A DNA stretch of 61,548 bases, the filler included. It is 15 parts of 15 records of this genome, joined end to end, with 100 filler letters (N's around TTAATTAATTAA, not from the genome) between each part and the next. Parts side by side here need not be neighbours in the genome. Positions count along the whole stretch, not along the records: positions 1 to 3,304 come from SRR15195285_12263; positions 3,405 to 9,643 come from SRR15195285_12275; positions 9,744 to 13,203 come from SRR15195285_12282; 12 more parts are not named here. One strand, 5' to 3'. Both the position numbers and the translations under genes were made by a program. Shown piece by piece: positions 1-9,970 of the stretch (position 1 is its first letter; each line of letters opens with the position of its first letter). The notes below the pieces were generated by a model. It searched no databases and was not told the DNA's origin. It saw only the letters and a list, made by a program, of their open reading frames with translations.

Positions 1-523
1 GGGCCCCCCCCCCCCCCCCCCCCACTACCGGAACCGCTTGTGTGCGGCTGTCACAACCCTACCCCCGCCCCCCGACCTGGTTCGATCTGTGCGAGAGGCC
101 CCCGCCCCCCGTGCTGCCGGAACCGCTTGGACTGGGGTACTGCGGCAGCTGTACAGTAGTGCCGCACTCACGCGGCCCACGACGCGGCGTGCGACGCGCT
201 CGGGCCGCTGCGACCGCGGCGCGCGTCGCGGCGGTCCTAGCTAGCTAGGTACTCGGTAGAACTACCCGCTAGGTAGGATCCTACTATAGAAACCACACAC
301 CCGCGGACCACGGGACCTTTCGCGCCGCGTTCCGTCACATGCACCAGCGCACCATGGCAGTGTGCTCGTAGCGTGTGCTGATGATGTCATCGCGTCTTTG
401 GGAGCATTCAGCATACATCGATCCCATGCACGGTTGCACGGTGCACGCGCGGCGGGCGCGGCGCGTGCCGCCGCCGCCGCGGCGCGTTCCGAAAAACTCG
501 CGCTCGTCGTCGCCCGGAGGGCG

Positions 524-3081
524 ATGATGAGGTGTGCCCTGCTGGCGTGTCTCGCAAGCGTGGCTTCCGCGTGCGACTCACTCTCTGTCCTCCCTTCAGC
601 GACCGCGGATGGGCTCGGCGGCATGTGCGCTCCCCCCACCCCGTGGCCTTCTTGACTTCATATCATCGGTGGTTCAGTCCCGGTCCCGGTCGCGGTCCGA
701 ACGACCGACCGACCAGCCCCGCAGCTCCACTGCACCGTGCGCGTGGCTCGCGCAGGGAGAGCTATAGGAGGTAGAGGAGTCCTCCTCGATTGGGTCCAGG
801 TGTCCCGCAGCCGTTGCGTAAGGAGAGCTTGGGCTCGGGAGGGTGGCCCAGGTTGAGGAGACAGCTTGGTGGCTCTTGGGAGTGTTTTTTTGATCAGCGC
901 ACTGATCGGAAACTGTTGATTCTGCGCACAGGTATGGCAAGAATGCGGATCGCCATCGCACGGAGGTGAGAGCGTTTGTGCTTGCTACTGGACTGTTCGC
1001 TTGCCACCTGGCCTCCGTTGCCTTCCCACGTCTTCGATGAGCTGGACCCTCAGCTGCTTATATGACTTGATCGATCATGCATTGATCGACAGGCCCAGCC
1101 CGTGGCGGCATATCCTCGGCAGCATCACCTACCAGGAACGACGTTCACGCTGGACAGCGGTCTAAAGATCCCGCAGGTTGCGTAAGATCCAGCCGACCAC
1201 CCGTGGAGTGTTTAGCTGGTCGCTTTCCAAATTCGTTCCATCACTACCAGATGAGGGATGACTGGCTGGGTCACTGCTTGCATTTGCTTTGTATCACGCA
1301 GAACTACGTACGCGCATGCTGGATCGCGTCCCAACTGGGCACGTGCGTGCTCTTGATTGGTGCCCATTGGAGCACGGAACCCTCCCTTCTTTCCGTTTCG
1401 TGTCCGCTCGTCAGTTGCTCGGGCCGGCACAACGTGGCAGTGATAATGAGCGAGTGCGTGTTGGTCCCCGTTGGCTATTCAGATCCCCATGGAGGCTATT
1501 CAGAGGGAGTGAACGAATTTGGCGTCTCCATCGGCAATGAGATGTTCCCATCCCATCACCTTCCGACTGACGATGGTCGAAAAGCGCAGGCGGAGTTTAC
1601 CGACCTGGACCGCCTCGTTCTAGAGCGGTCCAAGACAGCGAAGGAGGCTGTACTAAACTTTGCCGACCTTGTTGGGAAGTATGGCCAGACCTGCAAGCGC
1701 TGTCCCGAAGCAGCCAACTATAACTCACTATTCATGATCTCGGATCCGCACGAAATATACTCTCTCGTGAGTGGCTACCGTCCCCTCGTCTCGTCTGATT
1801 TCGTAGACACCTTCGTGGCTCCTTCAGAGGTGCTGTGCCAAGTCAACCCATTCTGGCCGCACTAATGGTGCTGTGGAAATCTGCACGCCGCGCAGATGGC
1901 CGTCGGCCACGAGTGGGGCTGGAAACAATTTTAAAATGATGACCTCAATGGCACCGGAGTCTGGACGATTTCGAACCGCTACTTCCCCGGTGTCCCGAAC
2001 ACCCAGATCTCATCCACCGCAATCTCCACTGCGCGAAAGGTGCTGGGCTACAACGGCACCGACGATGAGTTCGACTTTGGTGAGGTATATGGCGAAACGC
2101 ACGCAAGTCCGACACGGCAGGTGAGCTCATCGTAGGCGGACGTAGCGAGATTGAAGGTTCAGGTGCTTGCTCAAAGTGCTCGTTCGCTGTTCTTGCCACT
2201 GGCAGATTCGCTCGTCTACACTACTGCGTGACTTCGCTGAGGACCACAAGCTGACGAAGCGCGATCTAATGCTCACTCTCTCAGATCACTCCTATGGGAT
2301 CGACCCACACGAGCCCTACCAGCGCATGCCACACTGGGACGGTACAGAGATTGACGAACACACAATTGACGGCGGCATCAGCGCGTCCTCGATGGTCAGC
2401 GACTTTACGCTCGACGGCAGGCGCAAGATTGCGTGGCACACTGGGCCGAACCCCTGCATGACGGTCTATTGTGAGCCAACATGTTCACTTCCTTGTGTCT
2501 TCCTTGTGTCCTTGTGTCGTTGCATCCTTCCGCAGACAATCTCGCGCGTGACCGACAGCTATGTGCATGTGCGGTGTCGCTAGATCCGGTAATTTTCCAC
2601 CACCAGGGACACATCAGCCCGATGCCCGACTGGCTTGTTTCCAACCACCCATGGTGGGGTTTCAAATATGTGATTTACGACCTCGCTGGTGAGCGAGCAT
2701 CGAAACAGTTCTTGTCACTTTATGGCAAATTGGATCCCTTCAGGCCCTGATGAAGACACTTGCCGCATGAAACAGGGAAACACCGAGCCAAGATTATGCT
2801 CGTGCAAGACACATGGCGCCCAATCCAAGAGCGCTTTTTTGAGGAGGCAGAACGGGCAGCCGAGACCGCAGATAATATGCCACTGGCTGCGGCAAATGCT
2901 ATGCTGGGTGACTCAAATCACAGTACTGTAGCCGCCAAAGTTACTTACTCACAGGTTCTAATGCTTTGTTGCGATCGCGTGTGCTTCAGGCAATCTGCTC
3001 GCGAATTTCTCCTTGACGATACTCGAGACGCTCGAAATGTTCAACAAGACACTCGGGCCTGACAGCTATGCACAGCTTTAA
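524..3081 (+). CDS. Secreted C69-family (secernin/dipeptidase) Ntn-hydrolase, 10 exons, with an in-frame TAA at 1932-1934
   Basis: Manually spliced exons: 524-624, 932-965, 1093-1181, 1302-1342, 1483-1766, 1896-2120, 2206-2470, 2584-2688, 2776-~2907, 2990-3081, all GT-AG. Translation: signal peptide, then CDSLSVLPSATADG..MYGKNADR..EAQP..IPQVATTYAHAGSRPNW..EGVNEFGVSIGNE..LVLERSKTAKEA..WTISN..SASSMV, which are C69/secernin motifs. Confidence 0.85.
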
Positions 3082-3304
3082 TGAACAAGCTGAAAACAGG
3101 TTTTGGATGCGCTGATGTGCAGACTATCAACAGCTGTGCGGCATTTGGACGGTGCCACTAGACAATCGTTATGGCTCGCCTTATACCATGCAAAGGCTAA
3201 TGTATGCATTATTTTTAAACTGATTGATGCACAACTGAAAGCATTCGACGATCCAAGGACCTGCGATTGCGCCCTTCAGAATTCCGAATCCAGAATTCAG
3301 AATT

Positions 3305-3404
3305 NNNNNNNNNNNNNNNNNNNNNNNNNNNNNNNNNNNNNNNNNNNNTTAATTAATTAANNNNNNNNNNNNNNNNNNNNNNNNNNNNNNNNNNNNNNNN
3401 NNNN
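3305..3404. other. Artificial contig linker N44-TTAATTAATTAA-N44 (first of 14)
   Basis: Identical 100-nt spacer with stops in all frames. Also at 9644-9743, 13204-13303, 16683-16782, 19978-20077, 24024-24123, 27480-27579, 30597-30696, 35178-35277, 39049-39148, 43649-43748, 48333-48432, 52005-52104 and 57503-57602. Confidence 0.99.
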
Positions 3405-6400
3405 CGAGAGCACGCTCGCGGCCACTGCGGGTGCGTCTGCGTTTCGTTTGCCTCGTTCGCGGTGGTTTGGGTGGGGGCTTGCGTGGCAGATGGCTGCTGA
3501 GCTTAGGGTTGGTGCAATTCACTCGGCATCACGCATGCTTGTTGGCGAGCGGATCGGTGCGGTTCAATGCTTGCAGTGTCTGACGGCTCGGGTCTGGTCT
3601 GGCGGTGCTGTTGAAATGGCGCAGGGCAGCCGCAGCTGGTCCGTGCCGAGAGCGTGGACTCCGGGAGCGTCAAGAGCGGCTCCGAGGCGGAGGACCAGCA
3701 GAACTGGCCCTACGTGCGCCACCGTGGGCTGTTCACTGTGCCGGTGACGCCGGAGAACGCTTACAAGTGCGGCTGGGTACTCGAGGAGGTTGCGGCTGGG
3801 ATGTGGCGCAAGCGGTGGTGCATGCTCCAGGGTCCACGAGGTTACCTCAGCCTGCACGACTCGGATGCGTCTGGCACTGAGGCCACGGTCGTCATCCCCA
3901 CGTCGTTGTGCAGAGTCAAGAGGGTAAAGGTCAAGGGAGTTGATGGCTCGGCAGATGCGGGCGCCGAGGCCGCCGTCGAGGCGGGCACGGAGATTCCCGA
4001 GGGCCAGCCGCCGGAGAAGCGCGGGCCGGCCGAGGAAGAGCCGGAGCCAGAGCTGCAGGCGGAACCCGAGCCAGAAGCACAATCGGGAGCAGAACCAGAA
4101 CCAGAACCAGAGACCGAGACGGGATCAAAGCCGGGTGCCGAAAGCTTAGCCGACAAGCTCCCAGCTGGTCTCAAGCAGCAGGCTGCCGATTTGGACAAAA
4201 AATACGGCGTCTCATCGCAGTTAGGGGCCCTGGGTAAGGTCGCGGAGGCAAAGCTGGGTGAACTGGAGAAGAAGCACAACATCACTGCGAAGTTAGAAGA
4301 GTTGGAGAAGAAGCACAAAATCACCGATCAAATCAATGCTGCGAAGACCAAGGTAGAGAGCAGCGCAGCCGAGCTCGACCAAAAGCATGGCATTTCTGAA
4401 ATGCTTGAGATCGCGAAAGCCAAGGCAAAGGAGGTGTCGGGGTACCTCGAAGGCGAACCTAACGCCGACCATTCAGATTCACTCTCGGATTCCGGGTCCG
4501 AAACGAGCGGCTGGGGCGGCGACGATCCGCTGAGGCACAGATGGGCTTTCCGCATTGAAATCAAGAGCAGCAACCTGCCCATGGTCGTTGGGGCGCGGGC
4601 TTCAGTATTTACCCTGGACCCTTCTACCGAATCAGGACAGACGGCGTGGCTTGACGCGATTCTTGGCACAGCAGAAGCTGGCGTGGCAGGCACAACCGCT
4701 GACGACGCCAGCACAAAGGTCGACGAAGGGGCAGCGTGGCTGCCAGCGAACCGCCAATCGCGTGCCCGGGCTGAATCCCAAGATAAGCCACTGATCGACC
4801 TTGATCTTGACCTTAGTCGTGAAAAAATTGAAAGCTATGCAGCCAAGAAGGCTGCACAATCGGTGGCAAAGAGACTCTCCAAGACGCGGACGTCCGCGCT
4901 TGACGAGGTGGTCTCAGCTGGAAAGTCTGGCACCAAGCTTTCCGCAGGCAACGTCGAGTCTGGCGGAGTAATGTCCAAGCTAAAGGGGGGCGCCAAAGAC
5001 CTCAAAGAAAGTGCTACGAGCTCGTCTTCTTCATCATCATCCACAGCAGCAAAAGGAATGGATGAAACAGCGATCTCGTCGACTAAGGCGTCTTCAAAAA
5101 GTGGCACATCATCCTCGACAGCAGACGCTACCTCCAGCACAGCTGAAGGCGCGTCCGAAGCGAAGGGCGGTGGCGGTGTTCGGGATGCAGCGGTTTTGGG
5201 GGCACTGGTAGGCAGCGCAACTTCGGCGACTTCAGCGCTGCACGATAGTCGAACCCAGGCGGCCGAATTGTGCCGTGTGGCTGACGTAGTGAGCAGCATG
5301 TCTATAGGCCACTTGAATCGGCTAGTATCTGACAAGACTGGGCGAAGTGTGATGCAAGAAAACCATGAACACGCCGTCCAAGCAGCCCTCGCAGCTTGTG
5401 AAATTGATGTAGAAAGTATCACCGCCACGACTCGACTCGCCATAGGCAAAGCTGCGGTGTTCGGCGCTGCATCTGGGGGTGTTCCTGCAGCTGCCGCTGC
5501 CGCTGCTTCCAAGCAAGCGATGATGCGTGGTCTAGGATCAAAATCAGCCGGTGCTGCAGGAACCATTGCGTTGGCTGCGTTCGACATTGGCAAAGATGCC
5601 GCAAAGGTCTACGGCGGAGAAATGGACAAGGAAGAGTTCAAGAAGAAAGCTGGAGGGCATGTCACGACGAGTGCAGCAGGTGCTGCCGGTGCAGTGCAGG
5701 GTGCATCTATGGGAGCAGTCGCTGGACCAGCTGGGTCATTCGTCGGTGCCATGCTCGGAGGGATCGGAGCGTCAATTGCTGCCGGTAAAGGCTACCAAGC
5801 GGCTGTTACAGAAGACCCAGAAGCTGTATTGGCCCAAGGAGAAGACGGCGAGCGTTCGCCGGCAGAAATCGCCACGGCGAAGGTTGCTGCAAGAAAAGCG
5901 AAGCGAACTGAGATAGCAGCCGAATTCAGAGACTCCGAGCAGGTTGAGATGGCAGAGACTGCTAATGGGGAGCCTTTGAAAACTCTGCTGCGGTACATGT
6001 CAACAGATGAGCTCTGGCGGTATCTCAGCGATCGATCGCTTTTCACGCGCATGGGGGATGCAGTGTTGCATGCAGACGAACTCCGCCAGGCTGCTATGGA
6101 GCTTCTGCGTACTGATGGATGCCTCTGTTTGGATGAACACGAGATCACAGCCTTCCCACGAGCTCAGCTGTGCAGGTTGCTGCTTGATGCTGGCACTTGT
6201 TCACGCGAAGAACTTGGTAAATTGTCCGACGACGAATTGAGAGTCAAAGTGTTCGACGCGTACGGCTCAGCTCCTCGGTACATGGATACGACTGGCTCCA
6301 GCTTTGCTGGTAAAATCAGTCCGGGTGGTACAGCCGTAGCAGTTCACCAGGTCGCTACAGCAGGACCGGAGCTGTGCGAACCTATGCCGGCAAACGGTAT

Positions 6401-8942
6401 CTCTGCGCCCATTCGTTGGCTCGGCCAAGGAGAAGAACTGCAGGACTGCATTGCGATATGTCCTCGGACGCCAGCTGTTTCTTTTCCGCAGATGCTCAAG
6501 ACCTTGAGCGCACACCACCCTGCAGCCATTGTTGTCGTGGATTCTGGTCGAAGTTCCGAGGGCGAGTTGACGCGTATGATGCAGGCTCCTGTACCAATCC
6601 CGTGTGTATCGATTTCGGCGGAGACGGCCGTAGAGATTCGGTCAATCCTGGAAACTTCATCGTCTGCAGATGTTAGAACGATGGTTCGTGGAGGACAAGT
6701 TCTGTACGTCAGCAAGACCAGAGTGGCTAAACCAGAAATCGCTGGTGGGGCACAAGATGCCCCAACAGCTGAGGCACAAGACACAGACGTAGCGCCTGAT
6801 CCCGATGTAGATGCCTTACCCGATCCGGATGCCGAGCCCGAACCAGCACCGGAGGTCGAACAAGAGCTTCCATACGAATGGGTCAAGTTCGATCAGGTTG
6901 CATCAGACAAGAAGTTGGCTTTCGATGCCTACTCATTGCAGGCTCCGACTTCGCTGCAGGATGAGGCCAGCGAGATGGCCAACGCAGCGATGGTGGATGT
7001 GGTCCAGTCGACTATGTTGGCAAAGAAGGCCGCAGAGCGCTTCCTGTCGAGGAAGCTCTCGAAAAAGGGTAAGGAGAAGGAGAAAGATCCCAGTAGTAGC
7101 GCCTCAGCAAATACTACTCCTGTGAGCGGGGGGTCAAGTGCTGTCGATATTCTTCACCCTCCACCTCAATTTGACGTCTCAAGCTCGATCGTGGCGCTAC
7201 CACCAACTACGAAGATAGGAGGTGCCGTTCCATCACAGGAGGACCCAGCCATTGCTGGCTGTGTACTGCTCATCGGCTCCGAGAATGTAGAGACCGATGC
7301 CACCCCGTGGCATGTATTGTACTGCGCTCTGAAGGCCGGTGCGATGGGTGTCCTGTGGGCTGCCGCACCTGACACTTTGCTAGAAACACTCCGTGCACCT
7401 GTTCTTGACGTCCCATGTGTCTCGATTTCAGAAGAAACAGGCAAGCAACTAGAACAGATGGTCGCCAAAGAGGCTGAGGCTGACGATATGTTTGCTCCGA
7501 TCCCGACTGGAGGCGATGGGGACGCAATGACTCAGCCTGCTACGCTGACAGCTGGACTGGGACTGTGGATCAATGACTCTGTGCGTTTCGAGTCTGTAGC
7601 TGTAGGCCAGGACCATTGCCTCGCTTTGACGAATCTTGGCTCCGTCTTTTCGTGGGGTATGGCGACCAAGGGACGCCTCGGCCTCGGTCAAGATGTCGTG
7701 GACCCTCAGGCACACCCAACGCTCGTATTAGGGGCACTGGCAGGGCAGCCGGCAACTTCAGTTGCCGCAGGTCACAACTTTTCATACGCTATCTCTAAAC
7801 CCGGTACGCTGTACTCGTGGGGTTGCAACGACTCCCCAGGCTTCCTTGGCGTGGGTGACACGATCGATCGGTGGGAGCCGTGTGAGGTCACAGCATTACG
7901 GGACCACCCCGTCAGCATCCTTGCTGTTCAGCACACGACAACGGTCTGCGTGACGAACGAGGGCGCAAAGGTTTTCTGCTGGGGTACACTCGAAGTGTGT
8001 GGTAAAGGCGTGATCCGAATGGCCGAGCGCACCAACCCAGTAGAGGTTGAAATTCCGGACGGCCTCGTCCCGGGCGAACGTATCTGCAGTGCTGCGGCAG
8101 GTCGCTTCCACGCAGCAATGGCCTCAGATAAAGGTCGCGTGTGGAGCTGGGGACGTGGCCGTTCAGGGCGCTTGGGCCTTGGAAAGGACAAAGAGCAGAC
8201 GAAACTCAAAGCGCACCCAACGCCTATTCCAGCAGAGCATTGGAATGCTGATCCTACCAGCAGCGAGGACGAGAAGGTTGGAGGGGCTTCTCCGGTCGCT
8301 GCCGGCCCTCCAGTTGTGACTCAGGTCTACGCCCAAGATGATTTCACATTCGCCACAACTGCGGGTGGTGACACCGTGTGGGCATGGGGTTGCAATGACT
8401 TTCCAGGCAAACTCGGACTGGGAGACACGAAAGATCGCTTCGTGCCCACGTGCGTGCCACTTCAGACTGCTGCGTCAGAAGACGATGACGCCGCGCCGTT
8501 GCCACCAGTAATGTACTTCTCCGGCAAATTAGCTGCTTCACTGGACGGCACTGTGTACCACTTTTCGAAGGACATCAACCCCTTTGCTGTGGTCCCGCCG
8601 GGCATGACGGCAGCACAGGTGAGCAAGGCATCTATACATTTGTTGTCACGATCCGCTGGCAAAGAATTCGGTCCCCCCACTGCCGGGCTCCCACACGCTT
8701 TGCTTCCAAGACTGTATGGCGTTACATTCAGTTTACACCGCCCGATTTCCACGCAGATGTCGGCAGCGATCGGGCGTGGCATGGCAGTCTCGGACACGGG
8801 GCGCTTGTTTTCTTTTGATATGCCCAAGGTGACAGGTGCCGCCTCAAAGAAGCCTAAAGATGGAGAGAGTGGGCCGGACCCTTTCAGTAAGGACTGCATT
8901 GACATTCGACCCGCGATGTGCACGCACTATTCACTTGCATGA
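3405..8942 (+). CDS. Large multidomain protein (5'-partial): split PH domain, glycine-zipper region, two PA-like domains, RCC1 repeats
   Basis: 1762-aa ORF extended 5' through an intron at 3431-3624 (gtgcgt..cag) to the contig edge. PH: GW..WRKRWCML and WAFRI..FTLDP..AWLDAI. PA-like: AAIVVVD..IPCVSIS and AGAMGVLW..VPCVSIS. RCC1: VAVGQDHCLALTNLGSVFSWG..GRLGLG, repeated. Confidence 0.8.
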
Positions 8943-9233
8943 TGCCTTGACACGTTTGGACCTTGTGCTGTGTGCCGCATGGTTGCTGCCTGCCATCATT
9001 TGCTTGATCTGTGCAGCCCCAGATCTGACCGAGATACATTGGCAAAGTCTGAGAGCGACAGCCACAGTGCCCTTGGAGAAATAAATTTCCAGGTCGACAG
9101 TTAAAATCCAATCTAATCGCAGCTGGCTGAGACCGTGACCACTGGTAAAGTCTTGGGTACTACCGTGGCACAGGATGAGAGATAGCTGGGTGATCAGCAG
9201 TACGTGGCCGGTAGGATCGCTTGCCATGACTGC

Positions 9234-9643
9234 TCATGTGGTTTTCGGCGGCAACCCGGAAGCAAGGGAACCTAGTGTCGCTTCAAGCTGCTCGAGCGTT
9301 TCGGTGAGGTTGCCATCGGTGTCGGCATTGATGGCCGCGTTCACGGCAACAGCCAGCGCTCCTTTGTCTACCGCGTGGTCCGGCAGAGCATCGAGCGCTT
9401 CTGCAATCGCGTGATTCTGCCGTGTCCGCAGAGGTCCGCACGCCTCATCGCACGCAAGAACCCCGCTCGGCTCTTGCGTACCAAGATCTGTCGCAAGGGC
9501 GTCGGCATTCGGTTTATCATTGACTGTGGTACCGCTGCCCGTGGCGTGACAATATGTGGCGGTGGTACTGTCAGTGGTCGTGCCGGTGTTAGCGGTACAT
9601 CGGTCGCTGGCACACGTTCTCTGGGCCGCCTCCCGCTCCTTAA
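9234..9643 (-). CDS. C-terminal fragment of an unknown protein (5' end beyond contig edge)
   Basis: Frame is open from the contig edge (KEREAAQR...AIAEALDALPDHAVDKGALAVAVNAAINADTDGNLTETLEQLEATLGSL...KTT) to TGA. Convergent with the RCC1 gene. Confidence 0.5.
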
Positions 9644-9970
9644 NNNNNNNNNNNNNNNNNNNNNNNNNNNNNNNNNNNNNNNNNNNNTTAATTAATTAAN
9701 NNNNNNNNNNNNNNNNNNNNNNNNNNNNNNNNNNNNNNNNNNNCCAATATCAAGCGCCGGAACATATTGAAAATCTAGACACACGGGGCATACGGCCGCC
9801 GTATGCCCCGTGTGTGCAGTTGACCGTGAGTGCGAATGGTGAGGCTTCTACGCTAGGTGGTGTATAACTGACTACAGCTGTACTTGAGTAGAGTAGCAGT
9901 ATATAGTGGCTCAATTGTGACACAGTTGCGCGCAGGCCTTCATTTGCCGTGGTGGTTCGTCGCGAGTGCA

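Noticed and set aside
1302-1307. 6-nt micro-exon in the C69 gene (cag|AACTAC|gtacgc)
   Set aside because: Reading on to the donor at 1343 gives the family motif TYAHAGSRPNW, which is a better model.
1932-1934. Alternative genetic code (TAA as sense)
   Set aside because: TAA is the natural terminator of the Cu-ATPase, sulfatase, UCHL5, AAA ATPase and this same gene, and the long ORFs have no other internal TAA.
625-2989. Introner-type repeated intron family
   Set aside because: By eye the introns share only donor, branch and acceptor consensus, with no extended similarity. An all-versus-all alignment would be needed to exclude it fully.
3070-3081. C-terminal AQL of the C69 peptidase as PTS1
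   Set aside because: A weak variant, and it conflicts with a clear N-terminal signal peptide.
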